NCBI GenBank assembly: GCA_977862235.1
Contig: OZ374559.1
Coordinates: 2,666,001 to 2,730,000, forward strand
Direction of reading: 5' to 3'
Length of the DNA: 64,000 nucleotides
Origin: Dudresnaya verticillata
Lineage: Eukaryota
In this document: positions 43,251 through 56,100 of the stretch, one piece after another
How positions within the stretch are numbered: the stretch's first letter is position 1
Layout of the letters: each line of letters opens with the position of its first letter
Notes under the pieces: model-generated
Database searches by the model: none
What the model was told of the DNA's origin: nothing
Seen by the model: the letters and a program-made list of their open reading frames with translations, nothing else
Made by a program: the position numbers and the translations under genes

Positions 43251-44512
43251 GAGATGGGGGAACTTTATGGTAGGGTTCGAAGGGCGCTAAGTCGCCCCGT
43301 CTACACAAGGACCTACCTGAGACCCTTGATACTCAACCGGTGCTATGGGAAGGGAATGTTAACAGAGAATGGGGACTAATAACGGAGTCCTTGTACATTT
43401 TCCAACAGGAACCTCACCATCGTGAAGCATGTTTAAAGCAGAATTTATGGAAGGATCGTCTCCGTTTGAGCCATCCTTATCATTTGTGTAAACAGCACCC
43501 CAGATCGTGAAAACCGCACAGGCGGTTTTGTGGCAGGTCTAAAAACAGCTGTTATCATGCCAGAGGTTCTTCATTGTTTTGCATCCTTACTGTAGTTTTG
43601 AGGATGTGCATGTAGCTGTATCTCAAGTGTCATGTATGGGACCTTTATCGACATGATATCGTCACTGCACTGATACTCGCTGCTAATACGAACTGTAGAA
43701 TATAACTACGTCGATTACATAGACTTTAGTAGGTAGTAAGGTACTAAATAACAGCTACCTAAATGGCAGATGAGACTCTGACTGACTGCCGAGGCCAATG
43801 AATTTGTACGATGATCTGCAGACGGCTGCACGCTAGCTGCTTACTTTCAACCCCTTCGGCTCAGTTCACTCATTAAACCTGAGCTGTGGCGAACAGATGG
43901 TATTTTTCTTCGTCTGTTTGTACATCCATGACAACACGACGGATGATCTTCATGCTCAGTAAATCCCCGTTCTTAGCTCCCGCAAGAGTTCCACGTTAGG
44001 ACCATCACTCGCTCAATTTCTCACAAAGAATGACGGAAACTACTAATCGCACGAGAAGACTATCTTCAATCAGGGAAAAAGTGCAGATGAGGAGCTCCGA
44101 AGCATTCCATCAGTATGTTGAATCTTAATAGAAAAGCAGATTGTCTCAAGGATTTCTAACGAGGTAAATAGGCTATTCTCTTTACTGGAGCTTGTAATTG
44201 CACTAGTACTGTGCATAGATAGACATTCACGGTAATGCACGTACATCCACAGTGGATTCTGGTTTCCGAGAGAAAACTACTCTATCGTTGCCCTTGCCCA
44301 CCCCTCAAATAATTCAAATAACTGCCGAGAGCTTGTCCAGTACTTGACACCAGCTAGAATAGACAGTTATGGGCGGTGCATTGCTTCTCAGAGTTGCAAA
44401 TGTTCGCTTCAGATATCAATGTCCTTCTCATACGACGTTATTCTCTGCAACGCTTCTATTCCACTCCTTTACTTACAGAATCTGTCGTACAAGTCCTAGA
44501 AACAGAACTGTA

Positions 44513-45346
44513 TTACTGGGTACCCGGTCTTGTGCGGGAAGCGGCAGACCAGTCATTGAAGCGGGAAAGGTTGCCAACGTACGCATCTTCGGCAATACTA
44601 TTGGAAGGGAGGATTCCTTTTGACCGCCTAAACCTGTTCTGTGGAGGACGGAGAACTGCCAGGGGGCGTGGTATGCTGCAATTGGATTCCGACCTTGTTG
44701 TAGAGAGCCCAGAGATGAACGAATCCGAATCATTGTCGTTAGCACTGTTGTTCTCCAGCTGAGCCCTAGAGCTATCATTGCGTCCATGACGGCCTTCGGC
44801 ATCAGCAGAGCCCTCTAAGACGACATAAAATGCCCTCTTTCGGAATAAGCAGCAAGCACGGCATTTAACAACGTAAGACCTTCCCTTCTTCTCTTCCGGG
44901 AAAATTGGAAGATGCGTCACCTGCTCTCTATCCCTGTTTGTTCCATTCCTGATTATGTCTCGGATCCAGTTCAGATCTTTCCCGACACAAGAACCTACGA
45001 ATAAGATATCTCTTTCAGAGAAAATGAAAGGTGGGTCATCTGGGAGACCTTCTGGGAGCCAGAGAATCCGATGCTTATACGGCAGCACTATGTACGCAAA
45101 GTCTTTGGGGTGCTCGTGGAGCACGATGTCGATGCGTGGAAGTCCCTCCGCCCGGACGTATACGTGAAGGTCTTTTGATTGATCGGCTGACTTGCAGATG
45201 ATCACCTCCAGCTCGTCCCGAACGTACATCCATAGGGGAAGCCTCTTGTCGAGATCAAGAGAATCAGAGCAGATAGATATATCGCATATTTCACTTCTCG
45301 TAGCTGGACCTGAAGTAATCGGGTTGAGGAGGTATTTGAGATCCAT
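44513..45346 (-). CDS. Hypothetical protein (start taken at MDLKYLLNP)
   Basis: Part of a 340-codon open frame with a globular-looking centre; no family recognised. Confidence 0.45.
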   Translation of the reverse strand: MDLKYLLNPITSGPATRSEICDISICSDSLDLDKRLPLWMYVRDELEVIICKSADQSKDLHVYVRAEGLPRIDIVLHEHPKDFAYIVLPYKHRILWLPEGLPDDPPFIFSERDILFVGSCVGKDLNWIRDIIRNGTNRDREQVTHLPIFPEEKKGRSYVVKCRACCLFRKRAFYVVLEGSADAEGRHGRNDSSRAQLENNSANDNDSDSFISGLSTTRSESNCSIPRPLAVLRPPQNRFRRSKGILPSNSIAEDAYVGNLSRFNDWSAASRTRPGTQ

Positions 45347-46471
45347 TTGGGTGCAGGAAGCGACTTGGAAGAGTTGTTGATTGCGTGTTGGTGAGGGTCT
45401 GTAGGTCCTGCGGCTTGAATGCTGATGTGGGTACCCGAAGGATAGTTCTGCCCGGCAAAGGGCGCTTTCGTTCCAGTGCGCTCTCTTATATAATCCCTCT
45501 ATTTGGTACGTCGGCCAGGCGGCTTCTTCCCGCATTTTCTTTCTCGAAGCAAAAACTTTATCACAGCTGTTCGGGCAAATCTTGTGGGCTGAACAACTAT
45601 GGCCGACTCAGAGTTTCCTGCCCGACGAGACTCTATTTTTGCCTGCGAATTCGCTGGAACCCGCTCATCTTGATGTTAATACTATGCCCAATGGTGTTGT
45701 TCTTTACCCAGTGAGCGAGACAACGGGTTGTTGGAATCGAGATCAAATACTCTGACGATTTTCTATACCTGAGAGTTTGTTGGCTTTACGGAGATCCTTT
45801 CTGTGGAGGTCAGACGAGAGATGTGGTCGTTAATCTGGTGGTCGATGTTGAAGACCTCAAACTTGAGGAAACTTGAGGTCAAGTTGATACCAAAATGCAA
45901 TACGTAGGTACGTTGACTGTTCTAACCAGCCATGCTGGCGGGGATGCAGGAAGGGTTGCGCTTAACGAGGGTGGCGGCGATGTGCGGGAAACAAAGAGTG
46001 CGCGAGGTACTTCGAGACTCACTGAATCGCGTCGCTCTCGCATCAGTGATAGTTGTAAAGTACCGCTGGGTCTTCTGTAACCATCCGACAATAGTGTGTG
46101 TCGCAAGAGGCAACAGCGTTTAGCCGAAACCCACGTCGCAGATGGGATCTGAGAGACGAGCAACCTTGGTGGCGGCAGGTAACTCGAGTTTCTGAGCTGG
46201 AGAGACTGCCGTCGCGTCGACGCGTGCTGATGTAAGGGTATGAGGGACTACCAAATCAATGAGGACGCGGTAACCTTGATCCCCCATTGCGGCAATACCG
46301 GGACGAATGTTTTGGACGTTGCCAGTGTCGCGGGGTTCGACGATCGGGTGTTGAGCGGCCTCAAGGAGTCTGACAGCTATTGCTTACACGATGACGTTAT
46401 GGCGGCTGATATCGGAGAGCGAGAGAGAGCGAATGCGAGGGAGAGGGACACACACAGAGTTTGTTTGGCTT

Positions 46472-46521
46472 ACACACACACACACACACACACAGATTGT
46501 GTGTGTGGACTTTAGGAAGTT

Positions 46522-46556
<35 letters not shown>
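46472..46556. repeat. Compound (AC)n / (AG)n microsatellite; the (AG)n is probably the tail of a minus-strand element
   Basis: The minus strand reads TTCAATGAAGGG(TC)n. Confidence 0.7.
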
Positions 46557-46558
<2 letters not shown>

Positions 46559-46899
46559 CTTCATTGAAGCCAAAAAATCGCTAAAACACGGCATAAGGAA
46601 GCTTACGGGGAGTCACTCAGAAAAGTGCTTCCACTTAGGGAAGACATCTTGCATCGCTTGACGCCGGGAGCGAAACATTTTAGGTTAAGGGATACAAGGC
46701 GAGTAGTAAGGTACTTGCTAGAGTATGACATGCTAGAAACGTGTCGTGAAATACTCGACGAAAAGCAGATAGGTACGCTACGACTACCTATAGGATGCTT
46801 GATGCATTCTGGCCTAGTAAAGTATACATCAAATCATCTTTAGACTTGTCCGATTATTACCGACCGTTGTTAGATAAAGCTCAAACGATTTGCCAGAAT

Positions 46900-47300
46900 T
46901 ATATCTTGGTACATCATATGGTGGTTCCTATTTCTGCCTTAAACCCCCGTCCTCAGGCCATTGATGTTACTGTGGCGGCCCCATTGCTGCAAATTACTGC
47001 ACTGCCGCTTCTCACTTGGGTGGAGCCGCTGCGACGCTCGCTGAACGCCCCAAACGGCCACATTACCAAGATCTCCTAGGCAGCGAGGGGATGGATTTCT
47101 ACGCCGTAGGTATTGACTCGCACGGTGCTACTAGCGTGCTGAGGCTCGTCAGGCGTTACGTGCCATTGGCCGCTTTACGTCCGAACAGCGAGGGAGTAAC
47201 CCTTCGGACAAAACACAAGCGCTCACCATTCGCATTATATCTCACCTTCTCCGTTTTCAGTTTGTGTCTCGATGCGTCTACACTGGTGAAAAGACCTTAC
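46900..47300 (+). mobile_element. Degenerate RLE-domain fragment
   Basis: PRPQAIDVTVAAP and GGAAATLAERPKRPHYQDLL..GMDFYAVGIDSHG resemble the RLE C-termini of the intact elements. Confidence 0.55.
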
Positions 47301-48578
47301 TGGGGATAGCGAGCTCTGCCGAGCGTCCTGAAGCAGCAACAACCCGATACAACATCTACCCGAAAGGGGTTTCTACGGGTCTGTGCAACTTTTAGCACTA
47401 TATTTGGCACTTCACTGTTTGGGGCTGAACTATATGGAGTTACCAAATTTAGAGGTTCTGGAGGGGATATAAGCACTACAGTCCAGCTTAGACAACCCCT
47501 CCGTCTCCCCTAAGTTCTTTCCTTCGTTCTCCCGCCCACCCACCCTTCATCTTTCTCGACTTCAAGTCCTTCCTTCGTTTCCATAATTTCTGTTGAGCAT
47601 TCTTGCTGTTTGTTGTTAGTCATTGCATTCGACTACTCTTCTTCTGCAACAATAAAAGTAGTCATTTCCTTTTCAAGGCCTGGCAATCTATCGCCGTCGT
47701 CTTGCCCTTCAGGTAGGTCCTTGAGTAGACCGGGGGATCTACTACCGCGTTTCGAACCCTACCGTAAAGTTCCCCATCTCTCTTTATTCCAAAGATTTAA
47801 AGAAAGCCCGGTAGGGCGACAAGAAAAGCTATGATCTTGAGCACCCGCCACCAAACAAAAATGGAGCAAAAAGCACGACCAACTGATGACATCTCGATTT
47901 TACAGGCAGTCATGCTTTCAATTTGTTTCATGAACGAGGATCTCCTTTCCCGCAAGCAAAACAGTAGCAGTTCCCATCATGGGGAACGGGGAACAAGAAG
48001 TAATGGTTCGACACAGGCCTTGTCGATATTTGTAAGAGAATATTCACCAACGCGCTGAAAAGTACAAATCCTTCCATGCTCCACTCAGCCCCTCAGCCAG
48101 ACGATAGACGAGACGAGCTCCCTGTTGGTTTTCACCAAAACGATCTTGTTGGGATGGGAACATCGAGGGGTGCATCATCACAAGGGCTTGCAGTGCAAGC
48201 CGCTCCGTAGAAATGTTGAAGATGGCTCACTGGGGCAGTGTGATGGCGGTGGCGTTGGTGGCGGGGCGTGCGTGCCGCATGGACAGCCAGACAAGACCGG
48301 TCAGGGGGCTCCGCCGAGTGCTCACCGGCAGCGTAGAAAACAAAAAACATCCAATACCGCACGATTCACAACTCGCGCGTGCAATTCAGTCATTGCCATT
48401 CACCGCCGCCTCCACGCTCCCACCTTCCCGCTCCGCCTCGTCCCCACCCGCGCCGGTGGGGGCGGCCTCCCCTCCGCCCAGCGGCCGCCCCCGCCGCTAT
48501 AAAGCCGCACGCACACCGCCGCGCACCGCACCACCACCTACGAACCCCACCCCCAACTCTCCCCTACCACCCGCCACG

Positions 48579-49268
48579 ATGCTCCCGCACCTCTCCGCCG
48601 CCGTCGCTCTGCTCCTGCTCGCTGTCGTGCTGCCGCGGCCAGCCGCGGCGTCCATGTGCTCGGGCACGGCGTCGTACAAGCTAACGCTGTCCAACTTCCT
48701 CCAGCCGTCGGCCTTCTCCAACTCCATCCCGCCGACGGGGCTGGTCTTCTCGCCGCCGACGCTAGCCACGCACTCTGCGCGCGTCTCGCTGCTGGTGGCG
48801 GGCGCGTTCGCGTCGCCGCAGATCCGCGACGTCGCCGAGAAGGGCGACAACACCGCCCTGGTCGCGCTAGCCACCGAGCTGCAGTCGCTCGGGCTGGTGC
48901 GCGACGCCGTCGCTGCGGACGGGCCCACGCGCCCCGGAAACGTCACCGAGCTCGACTTCACCGTCTCCTGCAACGCCACACGCCTTTCGGTCGTCGCTAT
49001 GATCGCCCCCAGCCCGGACTGGATCGTCTTCATCCCAAGTCTCGACCTGTACGACGCTGACGCTGCGAAGTTCCGCGAGTACAAGTGGGGCGATTTGCGC
49101 GCATATGACGCAGGCACGGATAGTGGCCGTGGCTTCACTGACCCCGCTGATGTCTCGCTCGATGTGCCTACCGTACCGCAGCTTAATATCGCCCTGCTGG
49201 AGCAAGATGAGACTGACGCTTTCGGTGACAAGGCCGTTGGCCGCTTTGTTGTTAAGCGCGTCGAATAG
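48579..49268 (+). CDS. Secreted Spondin_N (F-spondin/mindin-type) domain protein
   Basis: Signal peptide MLPHLSAAVALLLLAVVLPRPAAA; FSP...ATH, AEKGD, MIAPSPDW, LRAYDAGTDSG. TATAAA at 48498-48503. Confidence 0.85.
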   Translation: MLPHLSAAVALLLLAVVLPRPAAASMCSGTASYKLTLSNFLQPSAFSNSIPPTGLVFSPPTLATHSARVSLLVAGAFASPQIRDVAEKGDNTALVALATELQSLGLVRDAVAADGPTRPGNVTELDFTVSCNATRLSVVAMIAPSPDWIVFIPSLDLYDADAAKFREYKWGDLRAYDAGTDSGRGFTDPADVSLDVPTVPQLNIALLEQDETDAFGDKAVGRFVVKRVE

Positions 49269-50849
49269 CTTTGTGTATCACCTTGGTCGCTTCGCTTGCT
49301 GCGTGGAGCTACGATTTTCTACCGTGAGATGTGCCGCAACTGTATATGAGAGCAGATCGCATATCCGTGGCGCCTACCAATTCATTGAATCGAGCCGGAA
49401 GAGACAGGCCTGCCTGCTACTGGCGAGTGTGAGTGTCTCACCCTATGAGTGGTGATCTGCTTGGACATCGAGCAGCTCCCGTGCAGTTGCGGTTGTGGTT
49501 ATTCGAGTTGTTAATGTTCTCACTGATCCGTGCTGGCTGGATTTTCTTCCTCCCTAAGCAACAACAAGTCATTTTGCGCCTTGCTGAAAGTTCATCTTAT
49601 GCTCTCTTTCTAACCTGCCCAGTACCGCATCTGCCGCCTTATGGTATCAATTGGGTCACAAAAGAATGTACCCAAACTCTGGTTTTATGTAGAATGGACT
49701 CCGTTTTTTTCGTGACAGGCAAAACTGCTTTGATGTAAAACCAGCAATTCTATCTGGAATACTGTATCGTGGAGTTGTTGTTCCTTTGCGAAGGGGGCTT
49801 TGCCCTCTCGCGGTGACCTTAAAGAGTAGAGAACGACTCCAGACATACTCTACCAAGCCGTACTACGACATTTGTCGGAAGAATAGTTGGCCATGTTGCC
49901 GTGCCTGCGGTGAATTGCCGCGTGAGCACCGGACGAGAGAGTTTACAGTTGTCGTGACGCATTAGAGAATGAATTCTGATTGCCTCTCGCGAAGGAGCCA
50001 ATGTGACAAAATCAAGATCGTCGCATATGCGCTTCTACATCGCATGGTCGGCGACATGCGTGCTCGTGTTGATGTTGCGTTTGATGTTGGCTTCCGCCAC
50101 TTTCCAAAGCGAGAAGCCCTTCCAGTAGATTTTTTGGTGTCCGTTGGTCTCTGGTAATAATGTACAAAATGGATACAGAACGGTCAGGATGAGAATCGGA
50201 AGGCGTTGAGTGCGGGGCAATCGTGGCCTTCTTCTAGGTACAAAACAAGAGCTTTCTCCATACCATCTCTCTTCTACTACACCACGATAACACTGTCCTT
50301 TGTTAGACAAGATCTTACGCATCTTGATCTACCTAACAGGTCCAATTTGAGTATGGTGGCTCATATTTGCTGAGATGTTGTACCTTCTTGCCGCGAAAAT
50401 ATTTGGACGTGTTCAAATCTTGTCCATGACGACAGTTACGCGGTCATTGGCAGTGAGATGTAATTGCAGAGATGCAAGTGCGGTATTGCATTCCTCTCCG
50501 TTGGCTACATTCGCTTTAGTTCTATTTTATCTCATCAAACCGAGAGATGTTATTCTAAGACGTGATGAAGAGTTTAATATATAATAAATGAGTCTTGCCT
50601 TCAGAGCTTAATAGTTTGTTAAGTAGACAAAAAACCTAGTCTTTTCTCGGAAAACTTGAAAGGCATCTATGTTCACTTAACCTCGCGCCCAAGTACTTCA
50701 GCCCCTCAAACTAAGATGGGAATCCTGACTTTACTTAAGACTTAAGACATGCGGATACTTCTGCGTCCTTATAGGAGCAGTACGATGGTTATTACTGCTC
50801 CTTCCGGAAGGACCAGGAAATAGTTGTCTAGTATAGGACGATTTATTCT

Positions 50850-51180
50850 TACCACATTCCGGAAGACTCGAGGACTTGAATGGATGTATCAGGTATTTAA
50901 ATATACATTCTCACCAACATGATTAGTTGCCTTCTGCTCGGCAATTAATCTGGAAAGTAGTTGAATACCAGTACCGAATCCTGTCTCAATACGACCATGT
51001 AAATCCATTCCCGTAGGATGGAGGTGGAGGGCATAAGTACGGCAAGCCAATTGCTTCTGGCGTTCATGTGGAAAATTAGTCTGACCTGCTCTTCGGCCAA
51101 AATACCAGAAAGCGCGTGTAGACAAACCACCGAATCACCAAGGACCTAGGCACGCGGTGAAATCGATGGATCATGGATTA
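50850..51180 (-). mobile_element. Degenerate CRE-like C-terminal fragment
   Basis: RAGQ...HERQK...LHLHP.GMDLHGRIETGFGTGIQLLSRLIAEQK matches the ORF2 C-terminus. Confidence 0.65.
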
Positions 51181-51302
51181 GAAAATGTTTAGGCGCAAGG
51201 TGTCATGCGAGGGCTCACTAGGAGGGCAGAAATGTTCTTCTAAATGAATCGAACTCTCGAACAACAGGCCGTCGGGAAAACTTCCGTACAACGCCCTCCT
51301 GT

Positions 51303-51473
51303 TTGTAGATACCTACTGAAGTAGGATGTTAAGGAGGGAGCATCACAGCACTACACCAAGTAAAGCCACACTGAAGCGGCAATAGCTTAGTGGTTTCTTT
51401 TTGCTTGGTCCGGCATGGAGGTCGTGGGATCGAGTCCCGCGGGTGTGTGCACGTGCGAAGCTGGAGAGTAGTC
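51303..51473 (+). repeat. Dispersed ~170-bp repeat with a tRNA-like part, copy 2
   Basis: A-box-like TAGCTTAGTGG and B-box-like GGGATCGAGTCCC; similar to 31705-31871. Confidence 0.65.
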
Positions 51474-52958
51474 TACATGTTTGTTTCGACGGAGAGTGAT
51501 AAAAACCTCATTTCTTGTGGCCAGCCGGCTCGATCGATTCTGGACTTATTCAAGCGGCTAGCACGAATGTTCCATTCTGAAGATAGTGTCTCATTTTTTC
51601 CATCAGTCCACAGCCCTCATAAAAGACTGCCATACTTTAGACATTACTTTTCGCTCACAAAAACTTCTTGAACGCCTATAGAGAGTTGTTAGAAGCAGAA
51701 CAAGTTGAGAGCTTCAAGTCGTGAATAGTAGTGTTTAATTTTGAATGTTGCGCGGTTCGAGCCAGGCGTTCTGGCTTGACGGTGAGCCGTTTTGCGCTCT
51801 CGAGCTGAGTAGCAAAATAGTAGTGGATAATTGCTCTCTCCTTCCAGAGAAAGAGAGAGGGGTAAGGCTTTTGGACAACAGAGTTGGAGTGCTACGACGA
51901 GCCGGAGTTTACACGCCGCCTCAAAGATGTAATAAAATGCTGCTCCACCTTGTCCAATAAGCCGTGGGGACCTCCTGCTTTACTTCGAACCCCATTGTGA
52001 CATCAATGCTGTCTGTGTACACTTTCAATTTGGCAGAGAATACTTGTTACCCTTCAAAGATATGTTTCCTCGGCCTACATACTATTTATTCCGAGGCAGA
52101 GCTTTTGGCACTCGGGAAGCGACTGCGCCAAAAATATCTAGAGGTGACAAGCTAAAAACACGAAACAACAAAAGAGCGCACTCGCAGCATTGCTTCGGCT
52201 AAGGATCAGTTACGAGAAAGCGAATACCGCCATGGGCATCAGCTCGCATGTGCTCACCTGCTCAAAGTTGATACGAAACACTGCAAGAAAGAAATCAAGA
52301 TTTCAGAACCGGCAGGGCTCTGCATCATCTCAATAGACATCTGGTCCGGAGAAGCCGGTCCGGGCCCCGCCGGCGGGGTCATGCATATAGTTATTTTTCC
52401 TCCACACGCCTCTTTGGGCTTAACATTGGCGCCTTGTGGAGCCCCTTTGAATACAAAGGCGAGGTGTTACTGTCCGGCGCAGAGTACGTTGACCAGCGCC
52501 GGGAAGCGCCTTTTCCAATTACATGGCCCGCGACCATCATGGAATGGCTTTTTGACTGTCATGCGCTGGCCGAGAAGCCCTGTTTTCCTCGAATGCGGCG
52601 CAAATATAAAGGCATTCAATGGTCCTGCCATGGTCACTGTTCATGCACAGGGCAAGAAGGTTGAAAAGGTATCGAAAGCCCCGCATTATGTATGCGACTA
52701 GTATTTACCTTTAGTTTTGGCCAGCGTTTTGAATATGGTTGTGGTCAAGCATACAAAATACCTTTCGCAAATCCTGAAAGAGAGATGGGAACTGCATTCA
52801 TAAGAGAAATAGAGCGCCATGGGCGTAGCTCCATTAACAGAGCTGTATCTCAGCTCCTTCCAGTCCCCCTTGCCCGATTTTTTACCCGCTCCCTTCATGC
52901 TTTCGAAAAGTGACGTTTACCCCCCTTTATTCGGAGCTCCGAGACCACCACTCATAAG

Positions 52959-53163
52959 CATAATTCATTGCCAGCAAGCGCGGGACCTCTCCGTCTACGG
53001 AGAAACTTCGCCTCACTACTCGTTTACTCTCTTTAGTTCTCCAATGCGTGGCGGTGAGTGTCAACCGCCGCAAGCTTGCTCCTCCGCCTCTTTATGGTAG
53101 CTCTGAATCCTAAGCCCCCTTAAGGGGCTTCTCTCTTGTTGTTTAATAAAGGTCTCTCTCTCT
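52959..53163 (+). mobile_element. 5'-truncated copy (3' ~200 bp) of the two-ORF element with (TC)n tail and 8-bp TSD
   Basis: Near-identical to the reverse complement of 16856-17055. CTCATAAG at 52951-52958 and 53164-53171. Confidence 0.9.
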
Positions 53164-56100
53164 CTCATAAGGAGCCGCATCATCAGCACCAGAGAATATC
53201 GGAAAACGATTTTGGTGAGTTTTCTGTCGCGCACTTTCAAAAGGAGAACATTCGAGTACTGCAGTGGAATCACGAGCAGAAGCATCGGGTGAGTCGTATA
53301 TGCAACAGGCCGGACGGGGAAAGAGCGCGAGTGTAAACATAGTTGTTTGCATGTCGTACAGGGTGCTAACTGCATTGCTTCAAAAGTAGTGATGTCACAT
53401 ATTATTGCGATGTGCCAAACTTGTGCTCACTATGCTAGTTTAGTGCAGTAGTCTTCCACCCGAAATGTGTGCCTGCGACAACGATGTGCCGAGCTCAAAA
53501 TAGTTGAGATGCAGCTCGAAGCGCTTGGCAAATGAAGCTAACACCATTACATGGACGGTTCTCAGTGCAAGTGTATCAAACATTTAGAGCATTGGCTATC
53601 TTTTGCATCACACGCGAGACCGGGAAGGAATGCAGGAGAATGTTCACATCATTGTTGTACGGAAGACACGTTACAGTTTCATGTCGCTTGCAAAGTGCCG
53701 ACAGTCGTGAAGCCAAGTCGAGTGCTGGGACATGAGGGAGACCATCCGCGTCGCAAATTTGACCTTCGGCACGTACAGTGGCGCCCACTGACGATTATAT
53801 CAGACAGCTCACCGGTTGTATATTCCTACTACACTACTGCACCATGCAGCCCTTCCCCACGCCATACGCTGCAAGCCTCACAGGCTACCAGCAACCGCAG
53901 CGGGTGGTCAGCGTTTCTCTAGCTCGGGAAATCGCGAACATGTGCAGCCAAGTCTCTCAAACACCGAGACGACTCTGTGTGCCGTCCCGGCGGACCCTGT
54001 GCAAAGAGGGTCCGTATCAAGGTACTCTTGTGATGCAGCGAGGGCCTCGTTGCTTTATGCGAGCACCTTGCTACAGTACGATATCGGTTACGATCATGGC
54101 GCGGGTCTTTGGATACAGCTCTGAATAAGTCGAGCCAATAAGCTTTCGTGCTATAGGCCCTCATTGCAAACTTTCTGCACTGGCGACCAGAGGCCACGCA
54201 CCTCTATGATAACTAGTTTCAGACTATTTGCCAACTCGAGCACCATCCTGGTGTTCAAGAAAGATCTTCCAAACCCTCATCGGAGAACATCTTCTCTGCG
54301 CTTCATCCATCTGTTCGCTATCTATCGGTGTGTCAGCAGCATTCCATCACCTTCTTCCACCGGGGCGCGTTCTGGGAACCTTATCAATGTCTAGTGGAAA
54401 CAACGGCGAGAGGTCCAGCAATTTTCGCAAAATGCTGCAGTATGACAGCAACCAAGAAAGCCTCCCGATTCTTCTTCAGGATAAACCAAGAATATCTTCC
54501 AACGCAAGGCTTTCAAAATGTCTGATGCACACTCTCTGAGGGGTATGATCAATCTTGGAAAACTGCGACCTGCGGTCCAGGAAGAAGGTCTTCTTGATTT
54601 GCTGTATTGCTCTCGCGTCGGATGTATTCAATCGACGTGCACGGTAATATATGCGTTGCAGAATTATCTTCAACGTCGCTGCTTAGGGTTCTAGGCTAGC
54701 TGTGCTTGTGCAGCTACAAGTCCATTACGAAAAGCGCTTACACAAAAAGTAATGTTGCGCCCCCCTCCCGGAAACACACGGTGGTACAGTACTAATTTTT
54801 ACCGCACACCTCCAGGAGGGCGCTGCCTTCGGTGTGCTATCGCTGAAATGGGAAAGTTCGCCTGTATCCAGAGTGTTGGGTTCTGGCTACAATTCCGGTA
54901 TGCCGTGCGGGGCCTGACAAGACTTCAGGTCATACATTTTCCATGGGCTCCTTCTCTGGGTTTGCGAAATACCCTGAAGTACAGAAAATCGGGTTTGTTC
55001 TGAGTGTAGTCTCTCGGCAGATCATCATCATCATCACAACTTTATTGAAGATTGAGATTAAGCGGCTCTTGGCTACGATTCATAGGCAAGACTATGATTC
55101 ATAGACAGGAGCTGCAGAGATTTTGCAGCCAATGCATCATAGCCTATGATTCATTCGCAGCAACAGCTCAGCACTTATATTGACACATTCTACACGGGCT
55201 GCCAATATATTCTATCTCTGTTTGGAGATCTCTTTGTGGACCGATCCTCCCGCTCATATTTGCCGTAGCTTTCTTTCAAGATTTGAAGCCCAAAACGTTT
55301 TGCACCCTGGAAGATCTGGTCTCGGTGTGCTTCAACAATCAGAATGGAACTACCAAGAGTCATGTATATCCAAGACATTCCATTTGCCCGACAGGAATGG
55401 GGCAAGCTTTAACGATACGTTTGTGCTCGTGGTCACATAGCCTCTCCGTCTATGGTGGTAAGTTGCATTCTTGTCTCAAAAAATATTTCAGGGGGACCTT
55501 CAGAAAGAACAATGGGGAAACCCTTATGGTAGCCGGCAATAGAACGAGCAACGGGGTTGAAGAAGGCTTGCGCAGACTAACCTTTGCAGCCACACATCGA
55601 CGAACCAAGGAGATTAAGCGAGCGAAGAGCAAAATCTGTGGCTGTTGAGATGGGTGACCGAAACAATTATTGGGAAGCGGTTATCGATCGGAACCGTCAA
55701 GGACCTATTAGCAGAGTTCGTCGCCTCCTAGTTGGCGCCAATGATTTACAATGCAGTTCATTTGTGTCTTCATGAAGGGCGCTGTCATTCGGGGGAAGAC
55801 GTTTCCTGTGATAGTATTATTCCTAACGCAAACGCTCGACATGTGACGGAAGACGAAAACGCGCGGTTGCTGCTGATAGAACTCTGCGAGCGAATACGCA
55901 CAGTGTACATATGCCTATACATTGGGTTGCCTCTTGTAGGACACAGTGCTTGAGCAGGTTGATCTTGGGACATAAATGTAGTGATTAAGCGTGTCCTATC
56001 CCGACCAAATCCTGTGTTCTAGTGACACTGTTTAGCGAGTGTTCAAATCGTGGCCTTCCTGGTATCATGTAAGGTACGACAGTTGGGTGCAGGTACACTA

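Noticed and set aside
48497..49231. 244-aa minus-strand ORF and many similar overlapping ORFs in the track
   Set aside because: They are antisense or alternative-frame shadows of GC-rich coding regions and have no motifs of their own.
51377..51447. Functional tRNA gene
   Set aside because: Only A-box and T-arm-like parts are present; the anticodon and acceptor stems do not pair.
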